A stretch of 64,000 nucleotides of DNA from Bacteroidales bacterium (GCA_021157415.1 JAGGWN010000094.1:33892-97891); one strand, 5' to 3'. Numbered from the stretch's first letter, positions 18,803 to 28,846 are shown. Notes: generated from the letters alone by a model not told the origin. Translations and numbers: made by a program.

Positions 18803-19181
18803 ATTCCTTAATAATCTTCTGCAAAGTTACCATTATTTTCTCTTCAATGTCCCGGTAAGCCGGAATTTGAGAGGCGGTATAGATAAAAACCACATCCAGG
18901 GCCCGGTTGTTTTCTTCCAGCCACATATTTAACGCTACCTTGTTTTTGCGATAAGCTTCCCGTATTCTCCTTTTGATAAGATTTCTGTCAACGGCTCTTT
19001 TAAAGTTTTTTCTGGAAACGGCAATAGCCATTCTGGCCGGAGGACGGCCCGGGGCCCGGTCAGCCTCGATCCAAACAACACGGAGGGGGGGGTAAAAAAA
19101 AGTCCTTCCTTCCTGAAACAGTTCATCAATTCGCTTTTTCCCCGAAAGGCGTTCTTTCTTTTTTAGCCGGTATTTTCCCAT
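18783..19181 (-). CDS. rnpA: Ribonuclease P protein component
   Basis: 132 aa and basic. Contains RLKKKERL...F..G and [25 protein letters not shown], and sits in the conserved position upstream of yidD. Confidence 0.85.
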   Translation of the reverse strand: MGKYRLKKKERLSGKKRIDELFQEGRTFFYPPLRVVWIEADRAPGRPPARMAIAVSRKNFKRAVDRNLIKRRIREAYRKNKVALNMWLEENNRALDVVFIYTASQIPAYRDIEEKIMVTLQKIIKEYEKVND

Positions 19182-19233
19182 TACAATATACCGGAGAACC
19201 GATGGGGTGGTAAAGGATTCTCCAGGGGATTCA

Positions 19234-19986
19234 TTATTTGTTGTTTTTGTTGTATTCGCTGATATATTTATCCAGCGCCATAACCATGGAAGGAGCTTCC
19301 GGTTTGGGTGCCTTAATATCTATACGCAAACCTGCCTCTTTTGCCGCCTGGGCTGTCGATTGTCCAAAAGTGGCAATTTTTGTACTGTTTTGCTGAAAAT
19401 CAGGGAAGTTGTGAAAAAGAGACTTTATCCCTGTAGGGCTGAAAAAAACCAAAACATCATAATATACATCTTTCAGATCGGAGAGATCACTGCAAACCGT
19501 ACGGTAAAGGATTGCTTTGGTATAATTGATCTTGTGTTTATCCAGCAGGGTCGGGATTTCGTTCTTGTGCATATCGGAAAGAGGTATAAAAAACTTTTCC
19601 TTGTTGTTCTTCTGGATTAGTGATATCAGACTTTGAAAGGTCCTATCCCCAAAAAAGATTTTCCGTTTTCTGTACACAATATATTTCTGCAGATAATTGG
19701 CAATAGACTGGGAAACGCAAAAATATTTCATGGTATCCGGGATGTTCACACGCATTGCCTCACTAACTCTGAAAAAGTGGTCGGCAGCTGTTTTACTGGT
19801 CAAAATCACCGCACTATGATCAAGAATATTGATCCTCTTCTTACGAACCTCCTTTACCGGTATTCCTTCTACGTGAATAAAAGGCCGGAAATCGATCTTC
19901 AGATTATTTTTTGTCGCGAGATTATAATAGGGCGATTTATCTGCAGGTGCCGGTTGCGAAATCAATATGCTTTTTATTTTCCCCAA
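19234..19986 (-). CDS. Uroporphyrinogen-III synthase (HemD)-like protein
   Basis: 250 aa. ILISQPAP..KSPY...IDFRPFI N-terminus and two-lobed repeat organisation typical of the HEM4 family, in the conserved Bacteroidetes position next to rnpA. Confidence 0.65.
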   Translation of the reverse strand: MGKIKSILISQPAPADKSPYYNLATKNNLKIDFRPFIHVEGIPVKEVRKKRINILDHSAVILTSKTAADHFFRVSEAMRVNIPDTMKYFCVSQSIANYLQKYIVYRKRKIFFGDRTFQSLISLIQKNNKEKFFIPLSDMHKNEIPTLLDKHKINYTKAILYRTVCSDLSDLKDVYYDVLVFFSPTGIKSLFHNFPDFQQNSTKIATFGQSTAQAAKEAGLRIDIKAPKPEAPSMVMALDKYISEYNKNNK

Positions 19987-20025
19987 GGTATCAATTTTTT
20001 GTTAGTCCTTAGTCTCCACAAGATT

Positions 20026-21162
20026 TTACCTGAAGATAAGATGTAAAAAGATCAGAACAGGTAAAATTTCCAAGGCGCAAAGATACAAAAACAAAAAAAA
20101 TAAAGAAAATCTTTCTTTCATAAAAAGAATGATCACTTTAACCATACGTAAAACATACAGCCCTGCAATGAGTAAAAAGCCGGTATAAATCAACCAGGGA
20201 GCGACTTCCTTATTAATGTAAGGGATCAGTACATTGAATGGAAAAAGATAAACGCCGGTATTGTGAAAGAATAAAATGGTAAAATGCGAAAACTCAGACA
20301 TCACTTCCCGGGACAAAGAGAAAAAACCGGTCAGTCTGATCACAACATACAGATAAACATACAGGCCTGCTAACCCTACAAGGATCAGGGAATAAATGAG
20401 AAGCGGAGCATCCCCCCGATTAAAAACCTCAACCTGGAATGTTTTTAGAGAGAGATAAATAAACAAACCGCCTGACAACAAATAATTTAAAAACAATAAG
20501 AAAGAGGTCTGCTGATACAGGCTGCTTCTGTTCCTGAAAAGGGAAAAGGCATTTTTATAATTCCACATCCCGGTCAGGGTTTCATTCAGCAGTTTCCCAA
20601 AACGGATTTTGGTCCATATGATCAGGATAAACGACAGGGAAAGAACACCCAGGAACCAGTTTTCACGAAGATAAGCGGATTCCCTTTCAATAACAACCGG
20701 TTCATGTGATGTATACGGAGCAGATGTTCCCTGAAAAGACACTGTCTTTTTCCCGAAAGGCCGGTATATCATAAAAGAATCCTTCGGTAGCGACGGTGTA
20801 GAAGAAGCCATACGATCAAGCATATCGGATCGACGGGTTTCCTGAAAACTGTTGAGTCGTGTAAGAAGTTGTGTGGTGTCCGGCAGGTTGGTTTTTACCG
20901 TCGGTTTTTCCTTCCGTGCTGCAGCAATGCGAAGATGCTTCTTCCGGAGATTGACGGAATCAATTTTTTTTATCCGTCGTTCTCCCTGTGAAAGGATGCT
21001 TTCTATGGAGTCCAGGGAAAGAGGGTTCGTTATTTTGTGTAACCCGCTATCTTTACTATGCTGTACGCTGTCTTTCCGGTGGACAGTCTCTTTCCCTATA
21101 ATCCGGGTTGTATCCTGCCGGAATCGCATCCACTTGTAGTTTACCGGGATCATAAGCAGCAT
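20026..21162 (-). CDS. DUF4271-like multi-pass membrane protein
   Basis: 378 aa. Hydrophilic N-terminal half followed by about 6 predicted TM helices. Adjacent to the hemD-like gene as in many Bacteroidetes. The true start may be internal. Confidence 0.5.
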   Translation of the reverse strand: MLLMIPVNYKWMRFRQDTTRIIGKETVHRKDSVQHSKDSGLHKITNPLSLDSIESILSQGERRIKKIDSVNLRKKHLRIAAARKEKPTVKTNLPDTTQLLTRLNSFQETRRSDMLDRMASSTPSLPKDSFMIYRPFGKKTVSFQGTSAPYTSHEPVVIERESAYLRENWFLGVLSLSFILIIWTKIRFGKLLNETLTGMWNYKNAFSLFRNRSSLYQQTSFLLFLNYLLSGGLFIYLSLKTFQVEVFNRGDAPLLIYSLILVGLAGLYVYLYVVIRLTGFFSLSREVMSEFSHFTILFFHNTGVYLFPFNVLIPYINKEVAPWLIYTGFLLIAGLYVLRMVKVIILFMKERFSLFFLFLYLCALEILPVLIFLHLIFR

Positions 21163-21273
21163 GCCGGGGGTTTGATTTTCGCTGCAAAGATAGTCATTTT
21201 GGTTGTCAAAGGCATAAAAACACAGTGGTTATGCCGAATTAATCAACATATTATGAGCTACATCTAACCCAGA

Positions 21274-22164
21274 CTAAAAATATTGTATCTCCTGTCTGCG
21301 TCCTGTTGTTTTTTCCAGCATGGCCCCGAGGGTTTGGTTTGCCAAGCGGCTGGCCCCTATCCGAAAAAGGGAAGGGTTAATCCACTCCTCTCCCAGGATA
21401 TCCCGAATAATTTTCATATACAAAAAGGCTCCTTCCGGGGTGGAAATTCCTCCGGCAGGTTTGATGCCGTTTTTCTTTCCCGTAGCCTGATAATATCTTT
21501 TAACGGTATCTGCCATGACAATGATATCTTCAGGGCGTGCTGCAGGTTGCACTTTCCCTGTGGAGGTCTTAATAAAATCCGCACCGGCTGTCATGGCCAC
21601 GAGCGCAGCTTGTTGTACCTTGTCCGGATCATTCAGAACACCCGATTCCAGGATTACTTTCAAATGCCCCTTTTTGCCGATAAGTGTCCTTATTTCGCGT
21701 ATCTCATCAAACGTTTCTTCCGTTTTTCCCGTCAGAATCTTTCCTACAGAAATGACAACGTCTATTTCCTGAGCTCCGGAATCCAATGCCAGCGCAACCT
21801 CCCGGGTTTTCACTTCACGGAAAGTCTGTGATGCGGGAAAACCCGCTGCCACCGAAACGATCCGGACGTGTTCATTCGCCAGCATTTTTTTCACTACCGG
21901 TATAAAAACCGGATATACACACACCCCGGCTACGGCGCCTGCTTCCGGAAATGCTTCCGGCAAATGGTTGACCTGTCTGCACATCTTCTCCACTTTTTCA
22001 TCCGTATCCCGCACATCCAGGGTAGTCAGGTCAATAACGCCGAATATCTTACGCAAATCCTTTAGGTCCGGCTTTTCTTCGCCGCCAGCCTTGTAATGCC
22101 CGGTTCGTTCTGCCAACCATGTTCTGTCAGCAGGCTTAAACAATTCTTTAATTAATGTATCCAT
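21274..22164 (-). CDS. deoC: Deoxyribose-phosphate aldolase
   Basis: 296 aa. Motifs: IDLTTL, VCVYP, VAAGFPASQ, EIDVVIS, LKVILESG, ADFIKTSTGK (Schiff-base Lys), IKPAGGI. Confidence 0.9.
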   Translation of the reverse strand: MDTLIKELFKPADRTWLAERTGHYKAGGEEKPDLKDLRKIFGVIDLTTLDVRDTDEKVEKMCRQVNHLPEAFPEAGAVAGVCVYPVFIPVVKKMLANEHVRIVSVAAGFPASQTFREVKTREVALALDSGAQEIDVVISVGKILTGKTEETFDEIREIRTLIGKKGHLKVILESGVLNDPDKVQQAALVAMTAGADFIKTSTGKVQPAARPEDIIVMADTVKRYYQATGKKNGIKPAGGISTPEGAFLYMKIIRDILGEEWINPSLFRIGASRLANQTLGAMLEKTTGRRQEIQYF

Positions 22165-22339
22165 GATCTTATATATGTTTTATCTTAATTGTTGTCCTTT
22201 CCATGTTTTTTCCCATCTCTTTTTGTTTTATAATTCCCGCGTTTTCCACAGTTCCTTTACAGGATCAACGCTTTACCGGCTGGCAATAGCCACTGTCCAC
22301 TGTTTGTTGTGCTTTCAGTGAGGTCATATTCAAATATTT

Positions 22340-22792
22340 TTACTCTTTCCGCTTTGTATCAATAACGATGGTTACCGGGCCATCATTTACCATCGACACC
22401 TGCATATAGGCCCCGAACCTCCCTGTTTTAATTTCCCCCTTTAATCTGTTCCGCAACATACTGACAAATTCTTCATACAAGGGGATGGCTTTGTCCGGGG
22501 GAGCAGCATGGGCATAAGAGGGCCGGTTCCCTTTTTTTGTTTTGGCCAGCAGGGTAAACTGGCTGATCACCAGTACCTCTCCGTTAACCTCATTGACAGA
22601 CAGGTTCATCACACCCCGGTTGTCTCTGAATATCCGTAACTGACTGATTTTTTTCACCAGCCACTCCGCATCCTCCCGTCCATCCTCCTGTTCGATACCC
22701 AACAAAATCAGCAGACCTTTTCCGATGGTCGCGATCAATGCTCCCTCCACTTTTACGGAGGCTTCGTTAACTCTCTGAATAACTACTTTCAT
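22340..22792 (-). CDS. dtd: D-aminoacyl-tRNA deacylase
   Basis: 150 aa. MKVVIQRV...GLLILLGIEQED...SQFTLLA..KKGNRPSYAHAAPP...NDGPVTI. Confidence 0.95.
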   Translation of the reverse strand: MKVVIQRVNEASVKVEGALIATIGKGLLILLGIEQEDGREDAEWLVKKISQLRIFRDNRGVMNLSVNEVNGEVLVISQFTLLAKTKKGNRPSYAHAAPPDKAIPLYEEFVSMLRNRLKGEIKTGRFGAYMQVSMVNDGPVTIVIDTKRKE

Positions 22793-22800
22793 GGTGATAA

Positions 22801-22834
22801 AAAAGACTTATAGCAAAGATACTATAAGTCTTTT
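22801..22834 (-). terminator. Intrinsic terminator hairpin after pfk
   Basis: AAAAGACTTATAG-caaagata-CTATAAGTCTTTT forms a 13-bp perfect stem. On the minus strand it is followed by TTTTTTAT. It lies between the pfk stop (22872) and the dtd start (22792). Confidence 0.55.
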
Positions 22835-22871
22835 GTAAAATATTAAACTGTCTCCTGTTTTCCGGCAGGAG

Positions 22872-24077
22872 CTATATTTCGGAAGCCATTAACAGGAACG
22901 GTTTCATTTCGAAACTATGATAGAAAGGTCTCAGTCTTTCCGTATTATAATATTCCTGAATATTTACAACCTTTTTCCTGCTGGTAACTACTTCAAGTGG
23001 GACATCATCATATCTCCCGTTTTTCAGGACGACCAGCCGACCGTGTATTTTTGAGAGAATCAGGTCGAGAGCCAGGTTTCCGTAGGCCATCGGAACAATG
23101 GAATCAATAGCATCCGGGTCGCCGCCACGGACAAGGTATCCAAGTTTCTGATTGATGATGTTGATGGTTTTCCCGTGATTATATTTGGCTGTTCTGTTTT
23201 TTATCTCCTGAGAAACCAGATCGCCGATACCCCCGAGTTTGGCATGACCATAAGCATCTTTTTCCTGATTTTGAAAGACCATTTCACCTCCTTTAAACAT
23301 GGCTCCTTCCGAAACCAATACAACGGAATAGCGACTTGGATTATGGTTGCGGTCTTCCACCAGTAATTTGGTCAGATGGTCCATGTTAAATTCAAATTCA
23401 GGGATTACACAGCGGTTGGCTGCTCCGGCCATCGTTGGTAACATAGCTGTGAAGCCTGCATATCTTCCGAACACCTCCATTACGAGAATCCGTTCATGAG
23501 AGCCGGCGGAAGTACGTAAGCTATTGGCCATACTAATGGTTCTTGTCACACAGGTGCTGAAACCAATACAATAATCCGTACCGGGCACATCATTATCCAT
23601 CGTTTTGGGGATAGCCACCACTTTTATCCCTTCCTGATAAAGACGTACCCCATAACTCAGGGTATCGTCTCCCCCCATAGGAATCAGAAAATCCACACCC
23701 AGCCACTCCAGGTTTTTCAGAATTTCAGGAGTCATGTCGTTTACGTCCTTGTTATACTGATCCTGCAAATGCTTGGGGATCTCTTCTTTTCTCATATGAC
23801 TGGGACGGGTCCGTGAGGTATGTAAAAAGGTGCCTCCCGTACGTCCTGCCTTATTCACAATATCATCCGTCAGAGTGATAAAATTCCGGCTGTTATCCGC
23901 TTTTGGATCCCTTATAATCTCCGTGATCCCGGCCCATCCACGCTTTAATCCGATCACCTTATAACCTTCTCTGTTAGCCCTGATCGTAACCGCCCTGATG
24001 GCAGGATTCAAACCCGGGACATCTCCTCCACCGGTCAAAATAGCAATAATTCCTTTTGTCTTTTTTACATTAACCAT
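22872..24077 (-). CDS. pfp: Pyrophosphate-dependent 6-phosphofructokinase (PPi-PFK type)
   Basis: The track ORF starts at TTG 24101. The ATG at 24077 gives MVNVKKTKGIIAILTGGGDVPGLNPAIR. GGDDT (not GGDGS) and PKTMDND (not PGTIDND) are the residues established to mark PPi- rather than ATP-dependent PFKs. Confidence 0.8.
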   Translation of the reverse strand: MVNVKKTKGIIAILTGGGDVPGLNPAIRAVTIRANREGYKVIGLKRGWAGITEIIRDPKADNSRNFITLTDDIVNKAGRTGGTFLHTSRTRPSHMRKEEIPKHLQDQYNKDVNDMTPEILKNLEWLGVDFLIPMGGDDTLSYGVRLYQEGIKVVAIPKTMDNDVPGTDYCIGFSTCVTRTISMANSLRTSAGSHERILVMEVFGRYAGFTAMLPTMAGAANRCVIPEFEFNMDHLTKLLVEDRNHNPSRYSVVLVSEGAMFKGGEMVFQNQEKDAYGHAKLGGIGDLVSQEIKNRTAKYNHGKTINIINQKLGYLVRGGDPDAIDSIVPMAYGNLALDLILSKIHGRLVVLKNGRYDDVPLEVVTSRKKVVNIQEYYNTERLRPFYHSFEMKPFLLMASEI

Positions 24078-24473
24078 TTTAAAATATTTTTTACTGAACA
24101 AACTTATTATTAAAAATCTGCCTAAATTAATAAAAGTTTGTTTCCGATGGATACAACGGCCTGGAATTTTATTTTTTATAATACAAAAAAATGTCTGTCT
24201 ATTAATCCGTCAAAAGGCGGTTTAATGTTTTTATCCACCCAAATTGCACACCAGGAAACTCAAAAGAAAAGAACTGAAGTGTTCGTTGGGGTTATTCCAT
24301 AAATACTATGCTGAAGCTACCAGAAAGCGATGAGCCATGAAAAATATTTTTGTTTTTCTATTGCAGATTTCGGGATCTAATAAAACCAGAAATATTACTT
24401 TTACAAAGAAATACAAACACACGGATCCGATATCCACAGGATGGATTGTGGTTGGTCCGGTTATCACCGGGAA

Positions 24474-26804
24474 ATGAAAAAAACATTTCAAATATTTTTG
24501 TTTCTGGCCGGGTTATCTGCGATAACCGGTGCAGTATTCGCCCAGGAAAAACATACTATGAGCGGATATGTGCGGGATGTTTCCAGCGGAGAAGAACTGA
24601 TCGGGGCTACGATCTATACTCCGGAGTTGAACACAGGCACCACGACCAATCATTATGGATTTTATTCATTAACACTGCCGGCGGGTAAATACAAGATCCT
24701 CTGCCAGTATCTGGGATACGTGCCCGTGGAAATGGAAATTTCTTTCGACAAGGACATCAAAAAAAACATTGAGATGAATCCTTCTTCCCGGAATCTTGAA
24801 GAAGTGATTGTTTCCGGTCAGGCCCCTGATTATCAGGTCCGTTCGACAGAGATGGGAACCAACCGGCTTAAACCTCAGGACATCCGGACCGTTCCCGTAC
24901 TGCTTGGCGAACAGGACATCCTGAAAACCATGCAATTGTTGCCGGGGCTCGCTGCCGTAGGGGAAGGAAACAGCGGGTTTTATGTCAGAGGGGGAGATGC
25001 CAGTCAGAACCTTGTATTACTGGACGAAGCCCCGGTATATAACGCTTCTCATTTGTTGGGGTTTTTCTCCATATTCAATTCGGATGCCATCAAAGATGTA
25101 ACAATCATGAAAGGGTTTATCCCCCCGCAATACGGTGGCAGGCTGTCTTCCGTACTGGATATAAAAATGAAAGAAGGCAATAACAAAAAACTGTCGGGCG
25201 CCGGAGGGCTCGGACTGATCTCTTCCCATCTGCAACTGGAAGGACCTTTTCACAAAGGAAAAGGATCATTTATGATCACCGGCCGCAGAACATATGCGGA
25301 TCTGTTCCTGAAAGTCCTGCCCGACACTAATGTGAACTCCAACATATTGTTTTTCTATGATTTCAATGCCAAGGCCAACTACAGGATCAATGAAAAAGAT
25401 CGGATTTATTTATCGGGATATCTGGGCCGGGATGTATTTAAATTCCGTAAATATTTCGGCATAGACTGGGGAAACCAAACGCTTTCTGTACGATGGAACC
25501 ATCTGTTTTCGGGGCGTCTTTTTGTAAACACCTCTTTGATCTATAGTAATTATAACTTCAATTTCAACATCATCAATGAAGAAAACAAATTCGATCTGTT
25601 CTCCTCCATCAGGGATATCAACTGGAAAGAGGATTTTCAGTTTTATTCTTCCACCGGACATACGCTGCGGTTCGGATTTAAGGTAAATTATCACTGGTTT
25701 ATGCCGGGAGAAGTATCCTCTTCCGGGGATTTTCCGGTAAACAATCTTAAAATGGAAACGAGGTATGCATTGGAAAATGCCTTGTACCTTTCACATGAGT
25801 GGAAAGTGTCTTCCGGAATTACGTTACATTACGGGGCAAGACTCTCTTCCTTTTCCATGATGGGTCCTGCCCATATCTATCACTATAATGAGCGGGGAGA
25901 AGTTACAGACACTATGTGGTACCCCCGACACAGGATCATTAAAACTTATTGGAATATTGATCCCCGCCTGCTCATCAACATAAAAACAAGTTCACACAGT
26001 TCCGTGAAACTTTCCTATACCCACATGCATCAATATCTTCACCTCTTATCCAACAGCACTTCGGGAACGCCCCTGGACCTATGGATCCCAAGCAGTGCGA
26101 TAGTAAAACCACAAACATCCCATCAGATTTCCGCCGGTTATTTTCATAATTTTCATGAAAACTCATGGGAAATATCCCTCGAAACTTACTATAAGAACAT
26201 GGCACACCAGATCGATTATAAGAACGGGGCGGATATTTTCCTGAACGAGCTGGTCGAATCCCAACTGGTTTTCGGTTCCGGACAAGCCTATGGCATGGAG
26301 TGGCTTATCCGCAAAAACAAAGGTCTTTTTCACGGATGGATCAGTTATACCCTGGCAAGGTCCCTGCGAAACTTCAAAGATATCGATCAGGGTAAAACCT
26401 ATCCTGCCAAGCAGGACCGGATCCATGACATTTCCCTGGTAGGCATCTATGACCTGAATAACAAATGGTCCTTTTCAGCCACCTGGGTTTATTATACCGG
26501 AAATGCCGTCACCTTTCCCAGCGGGAAATATGTTATTGAAAACCAATATGTCAACTATTATACCGAAAGAAACGGATACCGTATGCCTCCCTATCACCGT
26601 CTGGATCTGGGTGTTACCTTGCACTTGAATCCTGAAAAAAAATTCCGTTCAAGTCTGAATTTTTCAATTTATAACGTCTATGCCCGTAAAAATGCTTATT
26701 CCATCAGTTTTCAATCCAATGAAGACGACCCAAGGATCACGGAAGCCGTAAAGATATATCTGTTTTCCATTGTCCCGACGGTGACCTATAATTTCAAATT
26801 TTAA
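24474..26804 (+). CDS. TonB-dependent receptor (CarboxypepD_reg + plug + barrel), non-SusC type
   Basis: The track ORF starts at 24441. The ATG at 24474 gives MKKTFQIFLFLAGLSAITGAVFAQ. Features: SGYVRDVSSGEELIGATIY, plug DILKTMQLLPG, and a C-terminal ...TYNFKF aromatic end. Confidence 0.85.
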   Translation: MKKTFQIFLFLAGLSAITGAVFAQEKHTMSGYVRDVSSGEELIGATIYTPELNTGTTTNHYGFYSLTLPAGKYKILCQYLGYVPVEMEISFDKDIKKNIEMNPSSRNLEEVIVSGQAPDYQVRSTEMGTNRLKPQDIRTVPVLLGEQDILKTMQLLPGLAAVGEGNSGFYVRGGDASQNLVLLDEAPVYNASHLLGFFSIFNSDAIKDVTIMKGFIPPQYGGRLSSVLDIKMKEGNNKKLSGAGGLGLISSHLQLEGPFHKGKGSFMITGRRTYADLFLKVLPDTNVNSNILFFYDFNAKANYRINEKDRIYLSGYLGRDVFKFRKYFGIDWGNQTLSVRWNHLFSGRLFVNTSLIYSNYNFNFNIINEENKFDLFSSIRDINWKEDFQFYSSTGHTLRFGFKVNYHWFMPGEVSSSGDFPVNNLKMETRYALENALYLSHEWKVSSGITLHYGARLSSFSMMGPAHIYHYNERGEVTDTMWYPRHRIIKTYWNIDPRLLINIKTSSHSSVKLSYTHMHQYLHLLSNSTSGTPLDLWIPSSAIVKPQTSHQISAGYFHNFHENSWEISLETYYKNMAHQIDYKNGADIFLNELVESQLVFGSGQAYGMEWLIRKNKGLFHGWISYTLARSLRNFKDIDQGKTYPAKQDRIHDISLVGIYDLNNKWSFSATWVYYTGNAVTFPSGKYVIENQYVNYYTERNGYRMPPYHRLDLGVTLHLNPEKKFRSSLNFSIYNVYARKNAYSISFQSNEDDPRITEAVKIYLFSIVPTVTYNFKF

Positions 26805-26808
26805 ACGA

Positions 26809-27603
26809 ATGAAAAGGCTTATTCCGTTATATAGTGTACTGTTTATTCTACTTTTCAATGCCTGTGAGGAGGTTGTAAATATCCCGCTCAATAATACGGT
26901 ACCTGGCGTAGTTATTGAAGGAACGGTAACCACCATGCCGGGGCCGTATAAGATTATCATGAGTCAAACAACAGACTATTATAATCCGGGGATGATCAAA
27001 CATCTGTCAGGGGCATTGGTTTTTGTCAAAGACAGCGAAGGCCACTACTGGTATTTTCAGGAAAAAAAACAGGGGCTTTATGAAAACGCACAATTCACCG
27101 GCACCCCCGGTTTGACTTATCATCTGCAGATTGAATGGAACCATCATGTCTATACAGCTTCTTCCATCATGCAGGAGCCTGTTCCGATAGACTCTCTGCA
27201 TGTTCAGTTTTTCCCGGGGTCACGCTTTGCCGACGCCGGTTATTTCATCATCATTTATTTTACGGATCCTCCCGGTCTAGGAAATTACTACCGGATCAAA
27301 ATGATGCGGGGGAATAAAACCAACACGGTCATTTATGTTTTGGATGACCAGTTAACCGATGGCAACCAGATTCCATTCTATCTATACGGAGCCAGTTATC
27401 AACCCGGAGATACCGCCATTGTTGAACTGCAATCCATAGACAGGGGGGTATATGAATATCTGCTGACCCTATCCACCGTTACGTCATCCAGTCAGCCGGG
27501 TTCAACCTCTACCCCAGCCAACCCCACGACGAATCTATCGGGAGGGGCTTTGGGATATTTCGGTGCCCTGGCTATCAGCCGGGATACCCTCATCCTCGAG
27601 TAG
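26809..27603 (+). CDS. DUF4249-like lipoprotein (usual partner of the preceding TBDR class)
   Basis: 264 aa. Lipobox LLFNAC. Starts 5 nt after the TBDR stop. The family call comes from the recurrent TBDR+DUF4249 pairing and from size and pattern. Confidence 0.6.
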   Translation: MKRLIPLYSVLFILLFNACEEVVNIPLNNTVPGVVIEGTVTTMPGPYKIIMSQTTDYYNPGMIKHLSGALVFVKDSEGHYWYFQEKKQGLYENAQFTGTPGLTYHLQIEWNHHVYTASSIMQEPVPIDSLHVQFFPGSRFADAGYFIIIYFTDPPGLGNYYRIKMMRGNKTNTVIYVLDDQLTDGNQIPFYLYGASYQPGDTAIVELQSIDRGVYEYLLTLSTVTSSSQPGSTSTPANPTTNLSGGALGYFGALAISRDTLILE

Positions 27604-27625
27604 CGGTGCAAAATTCTGCACCGCT
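27602..27625. terminator. Bidirectional terminator hairpin between convergent genes
   Basis: AGCGGTGCA-aaattc-TGCACCGCT forms a 9-bp perfect stem. It starts inside the stop codon at 27601-27603 and is A/T-flanked on both sides. Confidence 0.55.
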
Positions 27626-27653
27626 ATTTACAAACATAAAATATTCCCGGCCG

Positions 27654-28046
27654 TTATTTTTTCTTTTGAACTTTTTCAGCGGTTATATCCAGTGTCCCTT
27701 CCGAATAACTTACCTTACCCGTTAGTTTTTTACCCTGAATGGTCCCTTTAAAATATACCTCTTCTCCCTCAACATACGCTTTGAAAGTAATCACATTCTT
27801 CTGAACTTTTAAATCCTCTGTCTTCACCTTATAATACTCGCTAAACACAATCTCTCCGGTATATTTCCCCTGTTCCTTCTTAATCACAATGTCTCCCGTG
27901 CTGTACTCATAGGGAGCCTCCGGGGCATTAAAATGCCAGGTTCCAAGGGGATTAGCCTCTTTGGTGGCAGCAGAAGAGGTTCCTGCCATTAAAAAAATCA
28001 TTACAGCGACTGTAGTCAAACTCATTAACACTTTTTTCATTTTCAA
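27654..28046 (-). CDS. Small secreted hypothetical protein
   Basis: 130 aa. Signal peptide MKMKKVLMSLTTVAVMIFLMAGTSSA. Beta-rich, Lys/Glu-rich mature part. No recognisable family. Confidence 0.55.
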   Translation of the reverse strand: MKMKKVLMSLTTVAVMIFLMAGTSSAATKEANPLGTWHFNAPEAPYEYSTGDIVIKKEQGKYTGEIVFSEYYKVKTEDLKVQKNVITFKAYVEGEEVYFKGTIQGKKLTGKVSYSEGTLDITAEKVQKKK

Positions 28047-28176
28047 TCAATTTTAAATTAGTTAGACATAAATAAATATTCAAAAATTCTTTGCAATAAT
28101 AAACCATTATAATTTCCCGTCCAAAGTCAGGCAAGCTTTTCAATCTTCCTTCTTGGAAGAGGCCCGTATTATAACT

Positions 28177-28494
28177 TCAATAGCGTACAAAAATTTTCCT
28201 TAGGCCCGATTTTTTCATTGGGGCTACGGATACCAACGCTCCCTTTTTCGTTTCATAAAAACGTATCCGAAAGCCCTGGCTTTCCGGTGTCACATTTATT
28301 TTTACCTCATTGCCCGGTGTACCAGAAGGTAAATAAAACAGGGTGGGATATCTGATGCCACTACGGGAAAACCAAACTGCCGAGAATTTGTTTTCTTCAG
28401 GTTCAAAAGAATAACTTTCAAGCTTCCCGTTCACTGCCACGGGATACGGTCTGTTCAGCACTTTAAAAAACGTGTAATTTTCTATGATATTTTA
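28177..28494 (-). pseudogene. Remnant: C-terminal beta-sandwich domain of a GH5-type (endoglycoceramidase-like) hydrolase, catalytic domain absent
   Basis: The frame opens just after a stop with no ATG: ..ENYTFFKVLNRPYPVAVNGKLESYSFEPEENKFSAVW...YPTLFYLP.. This pattern (RPYP.AVAG....SF....F) matches what I recall from GH5 C-terminal domains. Only about 105 codons are present. Confidence 0.4.
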
Positions 28495-28502
28495 GACAAT
28501 TC

Positions 28503-28846
28503 TTAATTCCCTTTCACATCCCACCATACCGGAGTGGATATTTCATTTGGATCCTGCCGTTTGACAGCTTCTTCCACATGCTCCTGATTGATTGCCACCT
28601 CTTTTTTGGGGTATTTGAATCGTTTCGGCAAATACCCGTTGGTCACCCCAGTATCAAACAGGAGCTTCCACTCTGTATGCACATCCAGAAAGGTTTTTTG
28701 ACAGCATTTGAAAAAAGATATTCATTGTTTATGGTAGTCAGGGCATTTGGATTCTTGTTCATATCCTGAAAAGTCCGAATAACAACCGTTTAATAATAAC
28801 ATGCCGGCCACAACAGGGAGCATTTTTTTGAAATAAACATCTTCAT
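28503..28846 (-). pseudogene. Remnant of a SusD/RagB-family lipoprotein (frameshifts + large internal deletion)
   Basis: My translation: ATG at 28846 gives MKMFISKKMLPVVAGMLLLNGCYSDF (lipobox). A +1 shift gives QDMNKNPNALTTINNEYLFSNAVKKPFW. A third frame gives FLDVHTEWKLLFDTGVTNGYLPKRFKYPKKEVAINQEHVEEAVKRQDPNEISTPVWWDVKGN*. These are the N- and C-terminal signatures of SusD-like proteins compressed into about 115 codons, against about 500 normally. Confidence 0.5.

Noticed and set aside
24102-24473. A possible riboswitch (cobalamin or TPP) in the long leader of the TonB-dependent receptor. I also checked for preQ1 upstream of queD (33445-33588) and a purine riboswitch upstream of ade.
   Set aside because: I could not find the B12 box, the TPP CUGAGA/ACCUGA elements, the preQ1 CCC...AAAAAACUA tail or a purine three-way junction in the respective leaders. 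Only an Infernal scan could settle this.
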